The notes below the pieces were generated by a model. It was not told the origin of the DNA and searched no databases. It worked only from the letters and a program-made list of their open reading frames with translations. A program made the translations under genes and the position numbers. Shown here one piece after another: positions 15,593-22,999 of a DNA stretch of 26,851 nucleotides. The stretch is from positions 1 through 26,851 of IMG/VR virus record IMGVR_UViG_3300011439_000040; one strand, given 5' to 3'. Origin of the DNA: a virus (lineage: Duplodnaviria; Caudoviricetes). Within the stretch, counting starts at the first letter, position 1. The number at the start of each line of letters is the position of its first letter.

Positions 15593-15801
15593 TAGACCCT
15601 CACTCCCTTCGGGAGTGTCCGCTTCCAGGCCCGAAGGGCCTTCGCAGCGTCCTTCTGCATCTGCCGGGTCGCCATGGCGACCTGATCCGAGACGCCGACG
15701 ACCTTCGGTCGTGGGGTGCCATTGAACTGACCCCTCATCTCGACCCGGAACTTCCCCTCCTGACCGCCTACGGCGGTCCCGAGCTTCGCTGCCTTTGCCA
15801 T
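15592..15801 (-). CDS. Basic hypothetical protein (69 aa), first gene after RNA copy B
   Basis: ACACGGAGGAGG RBS at 15806-15817. Confidence 0.75.
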   Translation of the reverse strand: MAKAAKLGTAVGGQEGKFRVEMRGQFNGTPRPKVVGVSDQVAMATRQMQKDAAKALRAWKRTLPKGVRV

Positions 15802-15817
15802 GCTGCCTCCTCCGTGT

Positions 15818-16216
15818 GGTGACCTACCAGTGCCTTCGGCACCGTGGGCGTCACCGCGTCAGAGGAGACGACGGCTGGCAGAAAGCCAAGGCCGAAGCTC
15901 CTACTGCGCGGTAACACCGATGGTGTCGCATGCTGTAGTGAGTGTTTGTGTCAGCGTCCGTCCTCTCGACGGCGGCTCGACGCGGCATTGCCTTCGGCAC
16001 CCCCAGAATCTCCGCCTAGTTCGGCAGGGCCTGACTGACTTCGTCAGGTTGCTTTCCCCATGGCTCGGTGGGGGAGACGAACGCAGAACTGAGCGCATCT
16101 CCCTCGCTGATCAGGATCACATTGAGGCTCGGGATCGGCCTTCGGGGATCATCCCTCGGCGGAACCGCTTGCCACCTAACCGCTACCCCGTCGGAACCGG
16201 GACGGCTCGGCGAACC
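15818..16216 (-). ncRNA. Large structured RNA / 5' leader, copy B
   Basis: Homologous to 11355-11686 with hairpin expansions and covariation. Confidence 0.75.
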
Positions 16217-16222
16217 GATGCC

Positions 16223-16292
16223 AACCTAGCTGCCAGTTGCCAGACTGTCCAGCGATCCGAACAGAACCCAAACAGGCCGGAGCAAAGCTCCG
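16223..16292 (-). promoter_or_regulatory. Promoter B: TGGACA-N17-TAGGTT, operator GCAACTGGCAGC, upstream direct repeat and hairpin
   Basis: TCCGAACAG at 16256-16264 and CCCAAACAG at 16267-16275; hairpin at 16278-16292. Confidence 0.7.
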
Positions 16293-16365
16293 AAGGCGCG
16301 TGAAGCAAAGCTGGTGCGCGTAGCGAAAGCGCATACCTAAGCGGTTCCGGGTGTACACTGGAGCT

Positions 16366-17124
16366 ATGCGATCAGGTGACCCGAGCCTTCCGCCGAGTGG
16401 CGCACCGGGCCTTTCAGGCCCCGCGCACGACTCACATGAGGATCTCCTCCTCACTGCCGACGGAGCCTCGGGTGACGCACAGGGCGAAGCCCTGACGCAG
16501 GCGGAAAGAGCTACGGATCTCCTCACCGAAGGTGGGCTGCCAGTGGTGTCCCAGCCTCCCTTGCTCCTCTTGGCGGGGGGAGCGGAGGAGAGCGAAGCTC
16601 CGCACGACCCTGTGCGAGAGGTGGACCGACGGAACGGCAACGCTGCCAGAGCCAGGAAACAGGCTCTGAAAGAGCCTGGGGTCGTTGAGGATGGCGAGGG
16701 GAACATCCTGCTCAAGGCTAAGAGCCTTGTGATCCCTGAGGAGAAGCGATGCCAAGCCTTGACGGTCCACGGTCGGCGCTGCCGCTCAGGGAAGATGCGC
16801 GGGATGGAGGTCTGCGTCTTCCACGCACACCGGGCGCTGACCGACGAGGCCCTTGCCACCCTTGCGGACCCCGAGGTGAAACCTCGTCTAACCCCCAGGA
16901 AGGCACTGCAGGCTGTGGTAGCCCTACGGGCTGGGGAGCTTGCCGAGGCGGCGGTTGGCGGCGCTCTCTCCGCTGATGGAATCAGCGCCACCCGCGCTGT
17001 GATCAGCCTGATCGACTCTGTCGATCCCCTGGTCCAGTCGGAGGAGACGCTGACCCTCTCTAGAGAGGGTGCTGAGACGGCGTCCTACCGCCAACTCAGG
17101 GCCTTGTTCAGCCCTTCGGGCTGA
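16366..17124 (+). CDS. HGGxSTG-like Zn-knuckle protein, candidate terminase small subunit
   Basis: RCQALTVHGRRCRSGKMRGMEVCVFH followed by a helical region; TACACT at 16354-16359 suggests a leaderless start. The TerS call is inference. Confidence 0.55.
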   Translation: MRSGDPSLPPSGAPGLSGPAHDSHEDLLLTADGASGDAQGEALTQAERATDLLTEGGLPVVSQPPLLLLAGGAEESEAPHDPVREVDRRNGNAARARKQALKEPGVVEDGEGNILLKAKSLVIPEEKRCQALTVHGRRCRSGKMRGMEVCVFHAHRALTDEALATLADPEVKPRLTPRKALQAVVALRAGELAEAAVGGALSADGISATRAVISLIDSVDPLVQSEETLTLSREGAETASYRQLRALFSPSG

Positions 17125-17455
17125 GTACCAGCCCTACCCTCCCTCCCCACCACTACGTGGTGCCAAGGGAGACAACAAGGAAGGGTCGCATGCCCAGCAC
17201 TAGCCCTTGGCTAGTACTGGGCACGTGCGTGTGCCTGCCCCTAGCTCCTAGCTAGGGGCAGGGGGGCCTTCCCCCGGTCGGGCATGCATGCGCGGGTCCT
17301 GTCTCGGGGGTGTCGTCCCCGCACCAGCCCCTCACAGCGCGATTCAGCCCGATTCGGGGCCTCCTGCGGGTCCTCTGCCCCGGATTCCGGCCCTGAGGGG
17401 CCTCTCTGCGCCCCTGAGAGTGGATTTAAGCGCTATTTGCGGTTAAATCGGGGGT
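17125..17455. other. Non-coding palindrome cluster, candidate packaging site / genome terminus / origin
   Basis: Inverted repeats at 17191-17223 (15 bp, 1 mismatch), 17234-17262 (13 bp perfect) and 17423-17449; clustered CTAG. Confidence 0.45.
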
Positions 17456-17653
17456 CTAGTCCCGATATCGCGGTCTTTCCAGGTTCACCAGCGTCCAGGT
17501 CGGGTATCTGCGGCAGCCTGGGCGCTCACAGCGGTTGTAGGTGGCGATGTAGCGGACGCCTCGCACCGTCTTCGGTCGATCCATCGCATCCCAGCGGTGA
17601 AGGCCGAGGAAGCACCACGTGGACTGCGGCGGCTTGACTGTTCGTCTGGTCAT
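17456..17653 (-). CDS. Small Zn-binding protein (CFLGLHRW..RC..C, DUF1660-like)
   Basis: Motif only; start uncertain. Confidence 0.55.
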   Translation of the reverse strand: MTRRTVKPPQSTWCFLGLHRWDAMDRPKTVRGVRYIATYNRCERPGCRRYPTWTLVNLERPRYRD

Positions 17654-17693
17654 CGGGGTAGGCTCATCATCACCTACGAGACGGAGGCTAGCC

Positions 17694-17786
17694 ATGACGT
17701 TCGGGACGCAGGACATCTGCTTGCTGATCATCGCCGCTGCTCTGGTGCTGATCTTCCTCTTCGGCATCGACGTGGTCGGCGGCTAG
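17694..17786 (+). CDS. 30-aa single-TM peptide (not in ORF track)
   Basis: MTFGTQDICLLIIAAALVLIFLFGIDVVGG; ACGGAGG SD and TAGGCT -10 at 17659-17664. Confidence 0.7.
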   Translation: MTFGTQDICLLIIAAALVLIFLFGIDVVGG

Positions 17787-17902
17787 GTTCACGCAGTCCC
17801 AGGCTCCGCAAGGGTCTGTGTCGATCCCGTGCCTGCAGACGCAGATTGCGGGGTCCTCCCGAACGACGGATCCCGACCCGTCGTCACTCCTCCTGTCCCC
17901 GC

Positions 17903-18394
17903 TCACGGGGTGAACTCCCCTTCCGGCCCCCGTCCCACTAGCGATCTCAGCCAGTGCCTGTACCTCTCCTCGTTGAGGTGCCACCAGCCCCGGCTGTCTG
18001 TCAGGTTGAAGACCCAGAGGTCGCTCATGTCCCACCTGAACAGGACGACCCAGGCTTTGCAGCCCAGCCGTCGCGCCACCGTCACCGCTGTCTCTCCCTG
18101 CACGTCGCGCTGGAACCGCGTCAGCACGTTGGCGCGGTAGCTGTCGGGGACAGGGATGTTGCCATCGACGCGGGTTAGCTCAAGCACGGCCACGGGCAGC
18201 CAGACGCCCTGGTGCAGACGCCACTCGATGTTGTCCACGTCGGTGACTCCCCCGATCCCCTGCACGTACCTCCAGCTTCGGTAGGGAGCGACCCGGTCTA
18301 CCTGCGAGGAGAGGGTCTTGGCCGAGTTCCGCTCCGCCCAGTCGTCCGGGCAGCGGCCACAGGTCGGGCACTGCTCGATCACCCCGTCGTCCAC
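17903..18394 (-). CDS. Possible PD-(D/E)xK-fold protein with N-terminal CPTC
   Basis: TDVDNIEW..VAVLELTR..Q..VARRLG pattern. Start may be 18382. Confidence 0.55.
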   Translation of the reverse strand: MDDGVIEQCPTCGRCPDDWAERNSAKTLSSQVDRVAPYRSWRYVQGIGGVTDVDNIEWRLHQGVWLPVAVLELTRVDGNIPVPDSYRANVLTRFQRDVQGETAVTVARRLGCKAWVVLFRWDMSDLWVFNLTDSRGWWHLNEERYRHWLRSLVGRGPEGEFTP

Positions 18395-18813
18395 GCTTCT
18401 CTCTCATCGCGCACCTCCCAGACCTGGAAGACGTGGTCTTGCTCTTCCAGGTTGACGTAGAACTCGGGCTGCGGCAGGAGAATGCCGACACAGATGTCCA
18501 AGGGCAGCAGGCGGTAGCGAGCGACCTTGATCTCGTCCCAGGTCGGGTGTCGCGAGGGAGTGGAGATCGTCAGGTGCCAGAGCAACTCTCGGTTCCTGCC
18601 AGCAGGCTCCTGGCCGACGAAGATGTCGCACACGCCCATCCGGTAGATCGTCAGGTCGTCGGGCTTCAAGCCGTTCGCGATCAGCGCGTTCGCCACGTGC
18701 GGCGGCATCCGCTGCTCGATGATCGGCTGCTCCTTGAAGCCGTAGCTGACGGTGCCGGGGATCCCCTCGATCTCCTTCACCGCGCTCTTCCGCTTCACCG
18801 CTCCTCTGCTCAT
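18379..18813 (-). CDS. Conserved phage protein (WHLxIS..PTWDE..YVN family, DUF7694-like)
   Basis: WHLTISTPSRHPTWDEIKVARY..LLP..YVN; ACACGGAGGA RBS at 18817-18826. Family name from recall. Confidence 0.75.
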   Translation of the reverse strand: MSRGAVKRKSAVKEIEGIPGTVSYGFKEQPIIEQRMPPHVANALIANGLKPDDLTIYRMGVCDIFVGQEPAGRNRELLWHLTISTPSRHPTWDEIKVARYRLLPLDICVGILLPQPEFYVNLEEQDHVFQVWEVRDEREAWTTG

Positions 18814-18859
18814 CGCTCCTCCGTGTTTTGGTGTGCCAAACAGTTGTATGCTACTCGGC

Positions 18860-18976
18860 ATGAAGGTACAGGTCTACGTCAAGAAGGAAGACGAGGAGAA
18901 GCTGAAGGCCAAGGGCCACGACCCGGCCAAGTGGGTGCGGGGCCTCGTCCAGCATGCGCTGAAGAAGGTGGCGTGA
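18860..18976 (+). CDS. 38-aa ribbon-helix-helix-like regulator, leaderless
   Basis: MKVQVYV (alternating strand) + two helices; TATGCT at 18847-18852 and no SD. Confidence 0.65.
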   Translation: MKVQVYVKKEDEEKLKAKGHDPAKWVRGLVQHALKKVA

Positions 18977-19377
18977 GCGAGTACGACTCGCTGATCGAGG
19001 GCTATCCCGGCCTCGATGACCCGGCCAACGATCCGGGTCCTCTGAGCGACGAGGAGAACCAGGCGCTCGAAGAGATGACCTTCGGGATGCCCGTGATCAT
19101 CGAACCGGAGATGGACGGCGGCATCATCGCGGTCACCGAGCTTCGCGCCCTGAAGCCCGACCAGCGCCCGGTCAAGGGGCAGCACTACGTGATCTACAAC
19201 GGCAAGCCGATGCCCGTCATGCGCGACATCACCGCCACCGAGGACGAGTTCGTCCGCTCGCAACTGGACCTGTCGGACACCCTCAAGGACCACGATGGTC
19301 AACGGCAGGTCCGAGCGGATCGGACGCTGAGAATGCGCTATCGCGGGTATGTCTGCGGGGAGATGTCCTCGCTCTGA
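18973..19377 (+). CDS. Hypothetical protein (MSEYDSLIEG...)
   Basis: GTGA overlap; AAGGTGG SD. Confidence 0.7.
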   Translation: MSEYDSLIEGYPGLDDPANDPGPLSDEENQALEEMTFGMPVIIEPEMDGGIIAVTELRALKPDQRPVKGQHYVIYNGKPMPVMRDITATEDEFVRSQLDLSDTLKDHDGQRQVRADRTLRMRYRGYVCGEMSSL

Positions 19378-19414
19378 CGAGGGCATGATGTAGGCGACAT
19401 CGAAGGAGGTGAAC

Positions 19415-19687
19415 ATGACCGAAGAGACGAAGGATCCAGAGGTGGTCGTAGAGCAGACCGCCGACATCCCGAAGGACGAAGACCCGGAGGCGTATGTCGA
19501 GCGGGTGGAGGAAGCTCGCGACGAGGAGGCGCAGCGAGCGCACGACGAAGAGAACATCGCTCGCTCCCGCACGGGTCGGGCCTCTCTCGAAGAGGAGGCC
19601 GAGGCAGAGGCTGCAGCCGCGAAGGAGGCGGAGGCCGCTGCCAAGAAGCGCGAGGCCGAGGAGAAGAAGGCCGAGAAGGACTCGTAG
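19415..19687 (+). CDS. E/A/K-rich coiled-coil protein
   Basis: AAGGAGGT SD. Confidence 0.75.
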   Translation: MTEETKDPEVVVEQTADIPKDEDPEAYVERVEEARDEEAQRAHDEENIARSRTGRASLEEEAEAEAAAAKEAEAAAKKREAEEKKAEKDS

Positions 19688-19741
19688 CGTCGTGGGGGAG
19701 GGAGTGGCCCTCCCCCGCCTCAACCATGACGAGAGGATCCG

Positions 19742-20020
19742 ATGGAGGACCTGTTCACGAATCGCTCCCCGAACGAGGCTCAGGCAGAAGCGCTCAACGC
19801 CGTCACGATCCAGATGCAGGAGACGGCGGAGATCATCGAGGCCCTGCCCCCGAGCCGCTTCCGCTCGCTCGCGATGACGAAGCTGGAGGAGTGCAGCATG
19901 TGGACCAAGAAGGCGGTCGTGTTCACGTTCGCTGTCACACCCGAGGCTGCGCTGGAGGATGCCGTGGCTGCTACCGCAGCACCTTCGGAATCTGGAGACG
20001 CATCCCCTGAAGGAGGCTGA
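19742..20020 (+). CDS. Acb2/Tad1-like helical-hairpin protein (candidate cyclic-nucleotide sponge)
   Basis: PPSRFRSLAMTKLEECSMWTKKAV matches the R-x-S-L-A-x-T-K-L-E-E-x-x-M-W signature. Confidence 0.65.
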   Translation: MEDLFTNRSPNEAQAEALNAVTIQMQETAEIIEALPPSRFRSLAMTKLEECSMWTKKAVVFTFAVTPEAALEDAVAATAAPSESGDASPEGG

Positions 20021-20366
20021 ACTCCAGCGGGACGTGATCGAGATGGCCCGTTTCTTCGGCTGGCGGGTCGCTCACTTCCGCACGGCCCAGTCGAAGAAGG
20101 GCCACTGGATCACTCCCGTCGGCGGCGACGGCAAGGGGTTCCCCGACCTCTGCCTCGTCCGCGAGCGGGTCGTCTTCATCGAGTTGAAGGTCAACTACCG
20201 GGGCCTGGGTCCCGAGCAGGAAGCGTGGCGAGACGCGATCCGCGCTGCTGGCGGAGAGTGGCACCTCCTCACCGACAAGGGCTGGGAGAACGGCAAGGCC
20301 GAGGAGATCCTCCAGCATCCGCACACATCCGTTCGTTCCGTCATCATGGGGGACGATGCGCTATGA
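19959..20366 (+). CDS. VRR-NUC nuclease
   Basis: EAELQRDV..GW..GFPDLCLV..VFIELK..LGPEQEAW. True start probably near 20007. Confidence 0.85.
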   Translation: MPWLLPQHLRNLETHPLKEAELQRDVIEMARFFGWRVAHFRTAQSKKGHWITPVGGDGKGFPDLCLVRERVVFIELKVNYRGLGPEQEAWRDAIRAAGGEWHLLTDKGWENGKAEEILQHPHTSVRSVIMGDDAL

Positions 20367-20456
20367 GCAACGCAACTGCGGAACACCTGAGCCAGACGCT
20401 GGAGGCCGATCTCCTTCTGGAGGCGTGGCTGATGGCTGTCCTGAAGGAGGCTGACG

Positions 20457-20756
20457 ATGGGCGTAGAGACGAAGACCGTGGTCAAGATCACGTGCGACAA
20501 CCCGAACTGTCCGGGGAATGACCTGGACCCGAAGAGCTACGACAACTGGATCCGGGTCAGCGCGACGACCCAGTTGGCACCACCCGTCGCTGCCGGGCAG
20601 CCCAGGAGCGGCCCCCCTTCGTTCACGATGCCGATTGCGATGGCCGAGAAGATCTTCTGCTCGGCGGACTGCTCCGCGTCGATCAACGAGACGATCACCG
20701 CCGTGCAGGAAGCGAGGAAGCTGGAGGCCGACGCCTCCCTGCCGACCCCTGCATGA
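20457..20756 (+). CDS. Zn-finger protein (CDNPNC..FCSADC)
   Basis: AAGGAGG SD. Confidence 0.75.
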   Translation: MGVETKTVVKITCDNPNCPGNDLDPKSYDNWIRVSATTQLAPPVAAGQPRSGPPSFTMPIAMAEKIFCSADCSASINETITAVQEARKLEADASLPTPA

Positions 20757-20805
20757 CCGACGACCCGCTGTACGCTTCGCCCACCTTCGACACATCGAGG
20801 CCCTG

Positions 20806-21582
20806 ATGGCAACCATCGCGAAAGCAGACTTCCCCTACACCGGGCCGTACTCGATTGACGGCAACGGCAAGCACAAGGGGAACACCGCGCTCGCCCTCAA
20901 GCGAGCGATGTCCCGGCTCGGCCACCTCCCATGGGAGCCAGAGGTCTGGGACAACGCCTTCAACAAGAAGCTGGAGGCCGCGCTCGACGCCTGGGATCCG
21001 GGCAAGAACGGGTACGCCGAGGGCCGCTACGACAAGATCAGAGCAGCCGTCGTGCCCAAGGGCAGGACTCACGCAGGCGAGCAGGCGCTCGACTCCGTCT
21101 GCATCAATCAGGTCCAGACCGAGTACGCCTCGATGCAGGGATCGAAGGTCCCCGCCTGGGGTCCGGTCGAGTCGGGCGGCTGCTCGCTGCTCGACTTCGC
21201 GCTCTCCCACGCCACCAGCGGGATCGCTCTCTTCCCCGCCACCGACACGATCTGGACGAAGGGGACGGCGATCCTCGCGCCCGAGAAGGTGAAGGTGACG
21301 AAGGCGTCAAGCTCGAACCCCGGTGACGCCTGCTACCTGATCGGGGTGGACTCGGAGATCGAGTTCTGGATCGGCCACATGGTCGAGGCCCCTGCGGTCG
21401 GGAAGATCATCAACAAGGGTGCGACCATCGGCAAGGTCGGAGCCTGGTCGGGCTACACGCCTCACGCCCACATCGGCGTCAACGTCGAGAACATCTGGGG
21501 CAACGGCAAGGAGTTGAAGCACGGCAACAACTACTCCGTGTCGGGGATCCCGACGATGAGGAAGCAGTTCCAAGACCACTGA
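20806..21582 (+). CDS. Endolysin candidate: N-terminal peptidoglycan-binding-like domain + M23-like peptidase
   Basis: GTAILAP, IGHM, KGATIGKVG, TPHAHIG (HxH). The HxxxD motif is atypical. Followed by a holin-like gene. Confidence 0.7.
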   Translation: MATIAKADFPYTGPYSIDGNGKHKGNTALALKRAMSRLGHLPWEPEVWDNAFNKKLEAALDAWDPGKNGYAEGRYDKIRAAVVPKGRTHAGEQALDSVCINQVQTEYASMQGSKVPAWGPVESGGCSLLDFALSHATSGIALFPATDTIWTKGTAILAPEKVKVTKASSSNPGDACYLIGVDSEIEFWIGHMVEAPAVGKIINKGATIGKVGAWSGYTPHAHIGVNVENIWGNGKELKHGNNYSVSGIPTMRKQFQDH

Positions 21583-21607
21583 CCGGGACGCCAGCCATGC
21601 TGTCTGA

Positions 21608-21880
21608 GTGAAGCAGCGAGGGACAGAATGGGTGGCGCTGGTCATCGCCGTGGGCTTCGTCCTCGGATTCAACATCTTCTGCTTCGCCGTCCTCTACACG
21701 GCGATCCAGAACGACGCGCCCCTGTCGGAGAACGCGACCCAGGTGCTGACCGGGTGGGGCGGCGGCATGGTGGGCCTGCTCGGCGGCTTCGTCGGAGGAG
21801 GCACCATCGGCTACAGATGGGGCAAGAGGAATGACATCCGATCCCCCGGTGGTCATCTGGATGACCAACAGGAGGACTGA
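21608..21880 (+). CDS. Holin-like membrane protein (2 TM)
   Basis: Two hydrophobic helices and a charged C-terminus, directly after the lysin. Confidence 0.6.
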   Translation: MKQRGTEWVALVIAVGFVLGFNIFCFAVLYTAIQNDAPLSENATQVLTGWGGGMVGLLGGFVGGGTIGYRWGKRNDIRSPGGHLDDQQED

Positions 21881-22269
21881 TGCCACCACTGACCGCAGCC
21901 AAGGAAGCGAGCGCCATCACCCGGCTACCGGCAGGAAGGCGGACGGAGGCGCTCAACAAGATCAGCGCCAACGCGAACGCACCCGGTGGCTCGAAGGAGA
22001 AGAACGGGCGCTCCCAGCAGGCAGGTCTGCAGCGCCTCGCGGGGACGCTCGGGATCTACGCCATCGAGTCCGACCGGACAGGTGCGCTCGCCTTCAACGT
22101 CGGCGGCGCTGTCCCGGCCTCGATCACCGTCGAGTCGGGGACTCCCGGCTCCACCGCCATCGCCACCAACGAGATGGACCCGGTCACCTGGGCCGCACCG
22201 GGGACGTACAACCTGACCGTCCAGGTCAGCAACACGCTGGCCGGGAACGCGAAGATCGGAGTGACATGA
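21880..22269 (+). CDS. Hypothetical protein with Ig/PKD-like C-terminus
   Basis: VTWAAPGTYNLTVQV; AGGAGG SD. Confidence 0.65.
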   Translation: MPPLTAAKEASAITRLPAGRRTEALNKISANANAPGGSKEKNGRSQQAGLQRLAGTLGIYAIESDRTGALAFNVGGAVPASITVESGTPGSTAIATNEMDPVTWAAPGTYNLTVQVSNTLAGNAKIGVT

Positions 22270-22502
22270 GTCCATGCCCGACCTGTGTCGAGCGCCAGGC
22301 CACTCTTGGTGACCCGTCCGAGTCGCGCTGGATCGGACCCGACGGAGGCGAGTACTGCTCGCTCCACTTCATCCAACGCTTCGGGCACGGCGAGCCTCTC
22401 GTCCGCATCGAGGGCTTCCAGGCCCCGACCAAGCGGAAGGCCCCGGCGGCGAAGAAGCCTGCCGCGCCGAAGTCGAAGGAGCAGACCGAGGTCAAGGCGT
22501 AG
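22266..22502 (+). CDS. Zn-binding protein with K/A/P-rich tail
   Basis: CPTC..YCSLH; ATGA overlap. Confidence 0.65.
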   Translation: MSPCPTCVERQATLGDPSESRWIGPDGGEYCSLHFIQRFGHGEPLVRIEGFQAPTKRKAPAAKKPAAPKSKEQTEVKA

Positions 22503-22714
22503 TGCCCTGCGTGGCCCTCGCACGGGGGATGCGGCAGTCCGCTCCCCACACGGGCGTCCCCTTCAACGACGCGATCAACAACAACCCCTGCGGGGCCAAG
22601 ATCGTGCAGACGGTGAACGGGGTCAGCGTGGCGGCGGAGAACCTGTGCGCGTTCCACTGGCAGTTCCTGCACGGGCAGCGTGACTACGTGCTGCCCGTCG
22701 TCATGGAGACGTAG
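22502..22714 (+). CDS. Hypothetical protein (C..C..CAFH)
   Basis: TAGTG coupling. Confidence 0.6.
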   Translation: MPCVALARGMRQSAPHTGVPFNDAINNNPCGAKIVQTVNGVSVAAENLCAFHWQFLHGQRDYVLPVVMET

Positions 22715-22999
22715 GTGCCGCTCTTCACCGTCCTCAACCCGACCGACGAGCAGGTCGGACCGTACGAGCCGTTCTCACGCGAGAGCGGCGTCAACCTGAA
22801 CAACAACCAGGCGGGGCAGCTTGTCGCCCTCGGCCTCGTCGTGATGCCCGACAACGGGAGCGGGGCGAGAGCAGCCTTCGCTCTGCTCGCCGCTCTCACC
22901 CCAGGACTCTCGACTCCATACGAGCGCGAGACGTACCGACTTAAGGCTGGTCTTCAAGAGTGGCAGACTCTACTGCGCCTGCTCCGCTCGGTGGACTAG
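22715..22999 (+). CDS. Hypothetical protein (94 aa)
   Basis: GGAG SD; abuts the upstream stop. Confidence 0.6.
   Translation: MPLFTVLNPTDEQVGPYEPFSRESGVNLNNNQAGQLVALGLVVMPDNGSGARAAFALLAALTPGLSTPYERETYRLKAGLQEWQTLLRLLRSVD

Noticed and set aside
20363-20521. 52-aa ORF after VRR-NUC
   Set aside because: It has an ATGA overlap but runs 65 nt into the better-supported 20457 gene; too uncertain to call.
21534-21541. Extra copy of the RBS motif
   Set aside because: Only an 8/9 match, inside the lysin CDS; likely chance.
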